This document shows, piece after piece, positions 44,535-55,042 of a DNA stretch of 64,000 bases (positions are counted from its first letter, which is position 1; every line of letters begins with the position of its first letter). A program made the translations under genes and the position numbers. The notes below the pieces were generated by a model. That model searched no databases. It was not told where the DNA came from and worked only from the letters and a program-made list of their open reading frames with translations. The stretch comes from an uncultured Gemmatimonadales bacterium. GTDB lineage: Bacteria > Gemmatimonadota > Gemmatimonadetes > Gemmatimonadales > GWC2-71-9. The DNA lies in the NCBI GenBank assembly GCA_963739455.1, contig CAVUAK010000001.1, forward strand, positions 1,728,001-1,792,000, written 5' to 3'.

Positions 44535-45926
44535 GTATTCAGCACCCGTCCCATCGAATCGAGGGCGGCCTCGGCGATCGCCTCCGAGAGCGTCGGATGC
44601 GCATGGATGGCAAGATCTACTTCCTCGACGGTGTACTCGTTCTCGCGCGCCACCACCAGCTCGTGGATCATCTCCGACGCATGGCTCGCCACGATGTGCG
44701 CGCCGAGGATCTCGCCGTACTTCTTGTCGCGGATGATCTTGACGAATCCCTCCGTCTCGTTCGACGCCCGCGCCCGTCCGTTGGCGCTCATGGGGAAGCG
44801 TCCGACCTGGTAGTCGAGCTTCTTCTCCTTGCACTGTTCCTCGGTGAGCCCGATGCTGGCCACCTCGGGATGGCAGTAGGTGACGCTCGGCACGTTGTCG
44901 TACTTGATCGGGTGCGGATGCTGTCCCGCGATCGTCTCCGCGACGTTGACGCCCTCGCGGCTGCCCTTGTGCGCGAGCATCGGCGGACCGGCCACGTCGC
45001 CGATGCAGTAGTAGCCCGGGGCCGTCGTCTGCAGCGTGCGCAGGTCGACCTTGATGAAGCCGCGATCGGTGAGCTGGATGCCGCACTCCTTCAGGCCCAG
45101 GTCTTCCGTGTTCACCGCGCGACCTGCCGCCATGAGCACCTTCTCCACCTCGATCGTCTCCGCCTTGCCGCCCACTTCGACGGTGAGCGTGACGCCATCC
45201 TTCCGCACGTCGGCCTTCATCACCTTGGCTCCGGCGTGGACGGCGATGCCGCGCTTCCGGAAGCTCTTGGTGAGCACGTCGGAGCTCTCGATGTCCTCGA
45301 TCGGGAGGATCCGGGGCAGCGCCTCGATGAGCGTCACCTTCGAGCCGAAGGCGGAGAAGATGTCGGCGAACTCGCTGCCCACGGCGCCGGCACCGATCAC
45401 GGCCAGCGTCTTCGGGGCCTGCTCCAGGAACAGCGCCTCGTCGGAGCTGATCACCGTCGTCTTGTTGATCTCGAGCCCGATCTGCGGAATGCCCTTCACG
45501 CGGGACCCGGTCGCGATCACGATCGCCTTGGTGGCGCTGTGGACCTCGGCGCCGACCTTCACCTTGCGGCCCGGCTGCAGCACGCCGTGACCCTTGATGA
45601 CGGTCGACCTTGTGCTTCTTCATCAGGAACTCGACGCCCTTCGAGTTCTGTTCCGACACCTTGCGTGAGCGCTTCATGGCGACGCCGTAGTCGGTCTTGA
45701 TCGGCCCGGTCTCGATGCCGAGGTCCTTCGTGCCGTGCGCCAGGATGCTGGCCAGCCAGGCGCTGTGCAGCAGGGCCTTGGTGGGGATGCAACCGATGTT
45801 GACGCAGACGCCGCCGAGCTTCTCCTGCTCAACCACGGCGGTGGAGAGTCCCAGCTGCGCGGCGCGAATGGCGCACGTATAGCCGGCGGGGCCGCCGCCA
45901 AGGATGATCACGTCGAATTGAGCCAC
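44531..45926 (-). CDS. lpdA: Dihydrolipoamide dehydrogenase (E3); frameshift near 45605
   Basis: GGGPAG, GGVCVNIGCIPTK, GAGAVG, HAHPTLSE. Confidence 0.96.
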
Positions 45927-45935
45927 AGTATCCTC

Positions 45936-46030
45936 AGTCGTGAGTCGTCAGTCGTCAGTCGTGAGTGAGTCGGCAGGCGCAAGAACCAGCTGCCGACTCA
46001 CTGTCGACTGCCGACTCACGACTGTCGACT
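45936..46030. repeat. Inverted heptamer arrays (AGTCGNN)n forming a long hairpin between aceF and lpdA
   Basis: AGTCGTG-AGTCGTC-AGTCGTC-AGTCGTG-AGTG-AGTCGGCAG, 13-nt loop, CTGCCGACT-CACT-GTCGACT-GCCGACT-CACGACT-GTCGACT. Confidence 0.9.
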
Positions 46031-46033
46031 CCC

Positions 46034-47324
46034 CTACCACACCATCCCCAGCGGGTTCTCCAGCATCCGCACCAGCGTCCGCAGGAACTGCGCGCCAGTG
46101 GCCCCGTCGATGATCCGGTGATCGCAGGACATCGTGAGCCGCAGCCGCTTCCGGATCGCCAGCTGTCCCTCGTGCGCCACCGCCTGGTCGGCGATGCGGC
46201 CGACCGCCAGGATGCCTGCCTCAGGCGGGTTGATGATCGCGGTGAATTCATCGATGTCGAACATGCCGAGGTTCGACACCGAGAAGGTGCCGCCGGTGTA
46301 CTCCTCCGGCTTCAGCTTTCGCTCGCGCGCACGCAGCGCCAGGTCCTTCGCCTCGGCGCCGATTTCCCGCAGCGTCTTCTGGTCGGCGTGACGGATGATC
46401 GGCGTGATCAAGCCGTCCTCCACCGCCACCGCCATGGCGACGTGCACGTCGGCCCAGTAGCGGATCCTGTCCTCCTGCCACCAGGCGTTGCACGCCGGAT
46501 GCTGCTTCAGCGCCAGCGCCGTCGCCTTGATGACGATGTCGTTGAACGACACCTTGCCCTCGCCCAGCGCATTGAGCCCCTCGCGTGCCTCGGCGGCGCG
46601 CGTCATGTCGGCTTCGGCAGTGAGGTAGAAGGTCGGGATCGGGCCGATCGACTGTGCCAGGCGCTTGGAGATCGTCTTCCGGATCTGGGTCAGCGGAACA
46701 TCCTGGAAGCTCGCTCCTGCGGCAGGCGTGAGGACGTGAGGACGTGAGGGTGCTGCGGATGCCGACGGGGCAGCGGCTGGCGCCTGCTCCCTGTCCGCCT
46801 GCTCGCCTCGCGGCTCGCCCGCGGTCTCCACGTCCCGCAGCACGATGCGACCTTCGGGCCCGGTGCCGGTGACCGCCTGCAGGTCGAGTCCGCGATCGGC
46901 GGCAATGCGTCGCGCGAGCGGTGACGCCTTGAGCCGTCCTCCCGCAGCCGGGGCAGGCGGCGCCGCAACGGCGGTTGCCGCCGGAACCGCGGGAGCCTTC
47001 TCTCGACCATTCGCCGCGCTTGCCGCCTGCCGTTTCCTGCCGCCCTGCCGCTCCTGCCGCCGCCGCACCCGCCTCCACCACCTCGCCCGCCGCTCCGATG
47101 TACGCCAGCGCCTGACCTACCGGCACCGTCGTGCCCGCCGCGACCGCATGCTGCAGCAGCGTGCCCGCGGCACGCGCGAGCAGCTCCATCACCGCCTTGT
47201 CCGTCTCGACCTCGGCGAGGATATCGCCGACGGCGACGGCGTCACCCGGCTGCTTCTTCCACTCGACGAGACGACCCTCCTCCATGGTGGGAGAGAGCGC
47301 CTCCATCACTACGGTCGTTGCCAT
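46034..47324 (-). CDS. pdhC: Pyruvate dehydrogenase E2 dihydrolipoamide acetyltransferase; frameshift near 47060
   Basis: Lipoyl domain EVETDKA, E3-binding ASPLARR...GTGPEGRI, catalytic CDHRIIDG. Confidence 0.95.
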
Positions 47325-47333
47325 TCTGCCTCG

Positions 47334-47363
47334 CTCACGACTGACGACTGACCACTCACGACT
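47334..47363. repeat. Heptamer array between pdhB and pdhC (aceF)
   Basis: CT-CACGACT-GACGACT-GACCACT-CACGACT; its reverse complement matches 45936-45965 at 29/30. Confidence 0.9.
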
Positions 47364-48340
47364 CGAGATACATCACGCGCTTCACGGCGGCGATGACCTT
47401 TGGTGGGTCGGCCTTCGAGGCCTTCTCGAGATGCTTGTTGTACGGCATCGGTACATCCGCGCCGGTTACGCGCAGGACGGGCGAGTCGAGCTCGTCGAAG
47501 ATCTCCCGCTGGATCACGTCGACGACCTGCGCCCCGACGCCGGCGAACGACCATCCTTCCTCCACGACCACGGCGCGATGCGTCTTGCTCAACCGACGCG
47601 AGGATCGTCTCGTGGTCGAGCGGGCGGATGGTGCGAAGGTCCACCACTTCGGCATCGATGCCCTCGGCCGCCAGCTGCTCCGCCGCCTTGAGCGCCACGC
47701 TCACCGTCTTCGAGTGGCAGATGAGTGTCACGTCGGTGCCCTCGCGCTTCACGTCGGCCTTGCCGATCGGCGTGAGGTACTCGCCCTCGGGCACTTCGCC
47801 CTTGGTGTTGTAGAGCATCTCGCCCTCGATGAACACCACCGGGTCCTCGTCGCGGATGGCGCTCTTGAGCAGCCCCTTCGCGTCGGCCGGCGTTGCCGGC
47901 ATCACCACCTTGAGCCCCGGGATGTGCGCGTACCACGATTCGAAGGCCTGCGAGTGCTGCGCGGCGAGCTGCAGCGCCGAGCCGCCCGGCCCGCGGAACA
48001 CCGCGGGCACGCTGATCTGGCCGCCCGACATGTAGCGCATCTTGGCGGCGGTGTTCACGACCTGGTCGATGGCGAGGAGCGCGAAGTTCCACGTCATGAA
48101 CTCGACGATGGGCCTGAGGCCGACCATGGCGGCGCCGACGCCGACGCCGGCGAAGCCCAGCTCGGTGATCGGCGTGTCCACGACGCGCATCGGGCCGAAC
48201 TCGTCCAGGAGGCCGCGGCTCACCTTGTAGGCGCCCTGGTAGACGCCCACTTCCTCGCCCATCAGGAACACCGACGGGTCGAGCCGCATCTCTTCACGAA
48301 TCGCCTGGTTGAGCGCATCGCGATAGGTGATGACCGCCAC
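47356..48340 (-). CDS. pdhB: Pyruvate dehydrogenase E1 beta; frameshift near 47590
   Basis: [39 protein letters not shown]. Confidence 0.95.
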
Positions 48341-49385
48341 TGATCGACGGCCCTCCCGGCATACACATCGGTCCAGAGTTCGCCGGGCTCCGGGTCCGGA
48401 GCGGCGTCGGCGAACCGGTAGGCATCCTCCACCTCGGAGATGACATCGGCGTCCAGTGCCTTGATGCCTTTCTCGTCGATGAGTCCGTCGGCCTTCAGCT
48501 TCTCGGACCACACCAGGATCGGGTCGCGCTTGCGGTGCTCCTCGACCTCTTCCCGCGTGCGGTAGTGCCCGTGGATCGGGTCGGACATCGAGTGGCCCAT
48601 GAAGCGGTAGGTGCGGATCTCGAGCAGGGTGGGGTGCTTGTTCTCGCGCGCGCGCTTCACCGCGCGTGCCATCGCCTCGTACACCACCAGCACGTCCTGG
48701 CCGTCCACGATCTCACGGTCCATGTCGTAGGAACCGGCCCGCTCGGAGATGTCGTACACGGCGCTGGCGCGCTCGAGCGCCGTGCCCATGCCGTAGCGGT
48801 TGTTCTCGCAGATGTAGATCGCCGGGCAGCTTCCACAGCGCCGCCATGTTGAGCGCCTCGTGGAACGCCCCGTTGTTCACCGCCGCCTCGCCGAAGTAGC
48901 ACACCGCGACGCGGTCCTCTTCCCGGTACTTGATGGCGAAGGCCATGCCCGTGGTGAGCGGAATGTGCCCGCCGACGATGCCGTGCCCGCCGAGGAAGCC
49001 GAGCGAGGCGTCGATCAGGTGCATCGACCCGCCCTTGCCGTGAGAGCATCCCGGCGGCCTTGCCGAACAGCTCCGCCATGGCGGCCCGCGCGCTCATGCC
49101 TCGCGCCAGCGCGTGACCATGCTCGCGGTACGACGCGGTGATGTAGTCGTCCGCGCGCATCGCGGCGAGCGAACCCACCGCCACCGCTTCCTGCCCGATG
49201 TAGAGGTGGCAGAAGCCGCCGATCTTGCCCAGGCTGTAGGCCTCGCCCGCCTTCTCCTCGAAGCGGCGGATGAGCAGCATCTGGCGGAGCCAGGAGCGCT
49301 GGGTGTCGGCGTCCGGAGCCGCTGCGGCCGCGGTGATCGCGCCGCGTCGCGCTGCGGCCTTCGGCTTTCTCTCCGTGGTCTTCAC
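48262..49385 (-). CDS. pdhA: Pyruvate dehydrogenase E1 alpha; frameshifts near 49045 and 48820; true stop probably near 48340
   Basis: [43 protein letters not shown]. Confidence 0.93.
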
Positions 49386-50386
49386 GCCGCTCCTCCTGCC
49401 GCCTTGCCGCCCTGACTTCCTGCCGCCTGTCCTCTCGCCGCATCGATCTGCTCCCACGCATGGTACGACGACCGCGTCAGCGGACTCGCCTGCACGTGCG
49501 AGAACCCGAGGCGCATGCCGATCTCGCGCAGTTCCGCGAATTCATCCGGCGTGTAGTAGCGCACGATCGGCAGGTGTCCGTCGGTGGGACGCAGGTACTG
49601 GCCCAGGGTGAGGATGTTCACGTCGCTCCGGCGCAGGTCGCGCATGCACTCGATGACCTCGTCCCACTCCTCGCCCATGCCGAGGATGATCCCCGACTTG
49701 GTGAGCGCGTCGGGCGCGATGCGCCGGGCATTCGCCAGCAGGCGCAACGCGCGGTCATAGCGGCCGCCCGGTCGCGCCAGGCGATAGAGTCGCTCTGCCG
49801 TCTCGAGGTTGTGATTGAGGATGTCGGGCTTCGCCGCCATCACGATGGCGAGCGCCGCTTCCGAGCCGCGAAAATCGGGGATCAGCACTTCCACGGACGA
49901 GTCGGGCAGGCGGGACTTGATCTCGGTGATGCAGGCCGCGAACGCCTCGGCGCCGCCGTTCGGCAGGTCATCCCGGTCGACCGAGGTGATGACCACATGC
50001 TCCAGTCCCATGCGCGCCACTGCTTCGGCAAGCCGGACCGGCTCGACGGGGTCGTATGCGAGCGGCGTTCCGTGGGATACCGCGCAGTAGGTGCAGTTCC
50101 TGGTGCAGACGTCGCCCAGGATCATGAAGGTGGCGGCCTTGTGCTCCCAGCACTCCCCGATGTTGGGGCAGCGCGCCTCTTCGCAGACGGTGTGCAGGCC
50201 GAGCTCTCGCATCATGGCCTTGACCTGCCCGTAGGTCGGACCGCCCGGTGCCTTGACCTTGAGCCACGCCGGCTTGCGGGCCGTCGCAATGGGCACGGGC
50301 GCCGGTCCGGACGGCTCGGCTGGCCGACGGTTCAACTCCATGATTGGCAGCGCCAGGCCCACGCCAAATCCCCTTTCAGCAGGCAT
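49382..50386 (-). CDS. lipA: Lipoyl synthase
   Basis: [33 protein letters not shown]. Confidence 0.96.
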   Translation of the reverse strand: MPAERGFGVGLALPIMELNRRPAEPSGPAPVPIATARKPAWLKVKAPGGPTYGQVKAMMRELGLHTVCEEARCPNIGECWEHKAATFMILGDVCTRNCTYCAVSHGTPLAYDPVEPVRLAEAVARMGLEHVVITSVDRDDLPNGGAEAFAACITEIKSRLPDSSVEVLIPDFRGSEAALAIVMAAKPDILNHNLETAERLYRLARPGGRYDRALRLLANARRIAPDALTKSGIILGMGEEWDEVIECMRDLRRSDVNILTLGQYLRPTDGHLPIVRYYTPDEFAELREIGMRLGFSHVQASPLTRSSYHAWEQIDAARGQAAGSQGGKAAGGAA

Positions 50387-50482
50387 TTCCGAAGCGCCCA
50401 AAGATAACGGCCCGAAGGGGTGTTCACCACGGCAGCGATGGAGGGTTAAATTGGGCCACGTTCATCCTCACGGAGCCCTGGA

Positions 50483-50939
50483 ATGCGCGCACGGATCCCG
50501 CTCGTGGCCGGACTTTTCGCTATCGCCGCTGGTTGCAGTTCTTCCTATGCCGGTCAGGCCACCGGCGTGGTACCAATGAAGGCGCCCAGCGATGCCCTGG
50601 CGTGCCTCATCAAGGCCGCCGAGGCCAATGGCTACAAGCAGGTCAGGGCCGATTCCGGCTCCGGCGATGCGCTCGGCCGTCATGCGCAAGGAGCAGACGC
50701 AGGAACAGGCGCGGAGCGGCGACGTGAACGAGTACTACCAGGGCGACGAGCTCAAGCTCGCCACGTCGCCCGGCACCAACGGCACCGTCAATGCCAGCGT
50801 CACCCCGTTCTTTGCCATCGTGACGCGCACCGCAGCGGGACCGAACACGACCTCGTACCCACCCAAGGACTCCGCCATCGCCGTGGCACCCCTGGTCATG
50901 AACGCATGCGGCAAGAGCGCTCCGGCGGGGGCGAAGTGA
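50483..50939 (+). CDS. Hypothetical lipoprotein (paralog 1); frameshift near 50665
   Basis: Lipobox AAGC; C-terminal half in ORF 50592. Confidence 0.6.
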
Positions 50940-51382
50940 AGCGCCCCCGCCTTGCCTTCGTGGTGACGGTTGCCACCCTCGTCGCCTGCGGTGCGGCAGC
51001 GCAACCGGCCATGGAAACGATCATCCCGCCGGCGAATGGCAACGCCGCGGTCATCAATTGCCTCGTGGACCAGTCAACCGAACTGGGCTACCGGGTGCTG
51101 CGGAAGAATCCGGGCCAGGGCTTCCTCGAGGCTGAACGCCGCGGAGCCCCGCTCAGGGGAGATGCGAGAAAGTACGCTGCCGGTGACCGCTTCACCGTGC
51201 AGCGCGGCAGCAAGGGCAAGGATGGCATTCGCCCGCTCGACCTGAACATGACGTCGTTCCGGATGGACTTCCTGGTGAATGGCCCGCAGCAGACGCTTGC
51301 CGCGCCCAGCGACACCGGGAAGGCAGACCTGGCGATCTTCATGAGGGAGTGTGGCCCAATGGCGCCGGGCGCCTCACAGTAG
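50936..51382 (+). CDS. Hypothetical lipoprotein (paralog 2)
   Basis: GTG overlaps the upstream stop; MKRPRLAFVVTVATLVAC lipobox. Confidence 0.65.
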   Translation: MKRPRLAFVVTVATLVACGAAAQPAMETIIPPANGNAAVINCLVDQSTELGYRVLRKNPGQGFLEAERRGAPLRGDARKYAAGDRFTVQRGSKGKDGIRPLDLNMTSFRMDFLVNGPQQTLAAPSDTGKADLAIFMRECGPMAPGASQ

Positions 51383-51428
51383 CGCTCAGGGCTCGTTGGA
51401 CCGCAATGGTGGAGGGACAGGAAACACA

Positions 51429-51454
51429 AAGGGCGACCCAACCGGGTCGCCCTT
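51429..51454. terminator. Terminator between convergent genes
   Basis: AAGGGCGACCC-aacc-GGGTCGCCCTT; T-rich tail on the minus strand. Confidence 0.8.
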
Positions 51455-51475
51455 CGCTTGTTACCCTGCGTGGAA

Positions 51476-52748
51476 CTAGAAGAACAGCATCAAGCCAACG
51501 GCGCCCTGGTTGCCCTTGGCGACGGTCTCGCTGTTCGTGTCCGTGCCAGTGTAGGCCTTGCTGGCGAAGTTCGTGTACTCAGCCACGAACCGGAGCGACT
51601 TGGTCCAGTGATACGTGAACTGGCCAACCCACGCGTTGCGGTTCGCGAACTGCCCAGCGCCGCCGAAGATGTCGGCCTTTTCGTCATCCGTAAGGTGCAG
51701 CGAGTTCTGGCCATAGCTGGCGCCAAGGCTCACCTTGCCGTTCGGGAGGGTGTACATCGCCTGAACGATGAAGCCCTGCGAGCTGCGGGCGTTGCCGAAG
51801 TCATCGACACCATCGCCGATGATGCCGCCGCCGATGAAGGCGTCGCCCTCGAACGTGCTGCCGAGGCCGCTGGCCAGGAAACCGGACGCCATGATCGAGA
51901 AGCCGGAGATGTCGAACTTGCCACCCAGCGCGAGGCCGGTGGTGCTGATGCCCGGGTTGTCGACGCCATCGGGAACGGCCGAGAACTCCTGCACATGGCC
52001 GTACATACCGTCAACCCAGACGAGAACGGTGTTCTTGGTGTTCTTCATCTTCGGCTTGAACGTGATTTCCGTCTCGAAGCGCGGAATGTCGCCGTAGGAG
52101 TACGGTGTATCGCTGCTGGCGCCGGTCGTGGTCGGCTCGAACACGCCGAACGAGATCTGCGCCGTCTTGCCGGCCGGCGAGGAGTACGTGAACTGTCCAC
52201 GGAAGTCCGTGTACAGGTAGCCGTAGCCGATGCGGCCGAGGGCCGTGCCACGGAAGCCCGATGTTCACGCCTGCGCCGAACAGGGTCATGTCGGTGAGGA
52301 TCGCCTGGCGCTCGAAGAGGCCAAGTTCCTTACCGGCGAGAATCTGACCCCAGGTGCCACCGACGGTCAGGTACACCTGACGCATATCGATCTGGGCGCC
52401 GGCGGCGTCTGTGCCGAAGCTGGATGCGACATTGCGACCGGCGGACACCTGCGGAGCGAATCCGAAGTGAATGCCGAGGTCGGTGTTGCCTTCCTTGCCC
52501 TTCGCTTCGAACGTGAAGAAGGCCGGGAGAAGGCCGGTGCCGATACCGTTCAGCTTGCCGGACGTTGAAAAGTTGCCACTGCCATCGGTATCCAGCGACG
52601 AGTTCGTCGTGTAGATCCAGAACGCGTTGACGTTGCCGGCAAACGTGGCGCTCCAGCCATTCGTCATCTGCATGGTCAGCTGGGCGTCGGCGGTATTCAC
52701 CGCGCCCACGAGCGCGAGTCCCGCCAGAACCAATCCGAGACGCTTCAT
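51476..52748 (-). CDS. Gram-negative porin; frameshift near 52250
   Basis: Signal peptide ADA-Q, IDMRQVYLTVGG, GRIGYGYLY, C-terminal GAVGLMLFF. Confidence 0.85.
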
Positions 52749-53408
52749 AGACTCCTTCCCTCACTGTTGAGTGATCGTGCGGAAATCATTTTACTCCTTG
52801 ACTGCCCGTACATTTGCCCTCGTTACCCAGTCGCGCCATGGCAACTTCGGCGCCGGGGACCCAGGACCCTGCTGTTCAGTTGCTTGACGTCAACACCTCG
52901 GCGACAACCTCCTGATGAGAGGACGCCGCGCCGGAACGCCCGAGGACCAGTGGGCGCTCGCGACCGGCAAGCGGGGACGTGGTGCAATTGGATGCGAGTT
53001 GAGGCGGAAGCGGGAGGGAGACGAGGTCGAAGGACCGGGAATTCAGCCCAGGCCAGCAATTATTCCAATCCACGCATACCGTCCGGCAGGGCCGGACGAC
53101 GCGGGATTGGAACACTGGTACCTGTGTCGGCTAAAGCCCATTCAGCTCGCTCCGGTTGCCGCTTACGGCCCGAAAAGTGGCGAAGACCAATAACTGCAAA
53201 ACATTCAATTACAATGACTTGGAAAGCTGTCACCATATGCGCGACGCGTCAGGAATTGGACGTCGGCGCCGGCCGTAACTGCTAGCGAGACGACGCTGTC
53301 TCGTTGTACCACCATGACTTACCGCCTTCCAAAATGGCACAGAGCGCTGTGGCGTCAAGCCCCCCGGGCCATCCGGGCCGCCGCGACAAGCTCTGGCGGC
53401 ACCAAGAG

Positions 53409-53557
53409 TTAGCGGAAAAGGAGCGCCGCTTTCTTGAGCGTCATCCAGACTCCCCACAGCATCGGGACCCCCACCGCGACCCACGCCAGCGCCACCACGA
53501 ACCCAGCTCGTGCTACCCGTTGCACGCTCCTCAGCCGTCAGGCTGCGACTCAGTCAT
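53409..53557 (-). CDS. Small hydrophobic protein (MFS transporter small subunit-like); not in the ORF track
   Basis: 53525-53409 encodes VQRVARAGFVVALAWVAVGVPMLWGVWMTLKKAALLFR*. The likely ATG (53557) overlaps the MFS stop and needs one indel to join. Confidence 0.65.
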
Positions 53558-54993
53558 TGTGCCCCCTTTGCGGCGCGTTGCCGCCAACCGGCGTGCCCTG
53601 ATCGGGCAAGTAATACTTTGGGTTAACAGGCCGGACCGCCAGGTTGCAGAAGAACCCGATCACCAGCAGCGCCGGCGAGGACGTACATCGTCACGTTGTA
53701 GGCGTCAGCCGGCGCCACCCCCCGCGCCAGCTGGAACTCGCGGATGGTGTTCACCAGCCACGGGCCCAGCAGCCCCGCCACCGACCAGGCGGTCAGCAGC
53801 CGGCCGTGGATCGCACCCACGAACTGGGTGCCGAAGATGTCCGCCAGGTAGGCCGGGATGGTCGCGAATCCGCCGCCGTACATCGTCAGGATGACCACGA
53901 AGATCGCCACGAAGGCGGGCAGCAGGTTGAGCCGGCCCGCGGTCGGCACCAGCGCGTACATCGATCGCGCCAAGCGCGAAGAAGATCATGTAGGTCCGCT
54001 TCCGGCCAATCGCGTCCGACAGCGATGCCCAGCCCAGCCGGCCGACGATATTCGCCAGGCTGAGGAGGCCGGTGAAGCCGGCGGCGACACTGGCGACGTC
54101 GAGCCGCTGCTCGGGCGTCAGTTGGGCCAGCGCACCGGGTACGCCGATCAGTCGTCCGCCAAACATTTCCTGGATGAGCGGCGACGCCATGCGACAGCAC
54201 GCCGATACCGGCGCTGACGTTGAGGCAGAGCACGCCCCACAGCGCCCAGAACTGCGGCGTCTTCCACGCAACGTCCACATGGACGTTGTGCGTGGTGACC
54301 ATCGACCGCGCCTCGGGCTTCGGCGTCCAGCCTGCCGGCTTCCAGTCGGGCGCGGGGATCCGGTAGCCGAAGGCTCCGGCCAGTCATCGCCAGGAAATAC
54401 ACCATGCCAAGCACCACGAACGTCTGCCACACGCCCACCGACGTCGGCGTCGCGAAGTGCCGCATGAGCCGGTCGCCGAGCGGCGCGCCGATCATCGCGC
54501 CGCCACCGAACCCCATGATGGCCATGCCGGTCGCGAGGCCGCGGCGGTCGGGGAACCACTTGATGAGCGTGGAGACGGGCGAGATGTAGCCCAGGCCCAG
54601 GCCGCACCCGCCGATGACACCGAGCCCGAGCCAGATGAGCCAGATCTGGTGCGAGCGCGCGCCGGCGGCCGCGATGAGGAAGCCGCCGCCCCAGCAACAG
54701 GCCGCCGCCACGCCGGCCTGCCGCGGGCCGACGCGCTCGAGCCAGCGACCAAAGACCGCCGCCGACGATCCCAGGAAGAAGATGGCGATGGAAAACGTGA
54801 CGACGACCGTGCTGAGCTTCCAGTCGTCCGGCGCCGGCTGCGTGATGCCGATGGTCTGCGTCAGCGGCTTCCAGAAGACGCTCAACCCGTACGCCATGCC
54901 GATCGACAGGTGAATGGCGAGTGCCGCAGGCGGCACCAGCCATCGGTTGAATCCTGGACCGGCAATCGTGCGCTCTCGGGACAAGAGACCCAT
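53550..54993 (-). CDS. OFA (oxalate:formate antiporter) family MFS transporter; frameshifts near 54380, 54190, 53965 and 53670
   Basis: GFNRWLVPPAALAIHLSIG, KWFPDRRGLATGMAIMGFGGGA, YGGGFATIPAYLADIFG, GFFCNLAVRPV. Confidence 0.9.
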
Positions 54994-55042
54994 CGAGGCT
55001 CCGGATGTTGACGGGTGATCGCGAGTGGTGAGGCTGGTCAAG

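Noticed and set aside
43864..45926. Apparent LpdA-membrane protein and membrane protein-LipB fusions in the ORF track
   Set aside because: Produced by frameshifts; overlapping GTGA and TGATG stop/start junctions indicate separate coupled genes.
50483..51382. Single 299-aa ORF
   Set aside because: It contains a second signal peptide and lipobox at 50936 and a nonsense middle segment; these are two genes joined by an indel.
52860..52960. Glycine riboswitch upstream of the porin (CTCTCATCAGG on the minus strand)
   Set aside because: Lacks the GGAGA...CCGAAG...CTCTCAGG core arrangement.
53531..53557. Selenocysteine or stop read-through at TGA in MTESQPDG*
   Set aside because: Read-through stays in a frame that stops again after five codons; the hydrophobic peptide is in a different frame.
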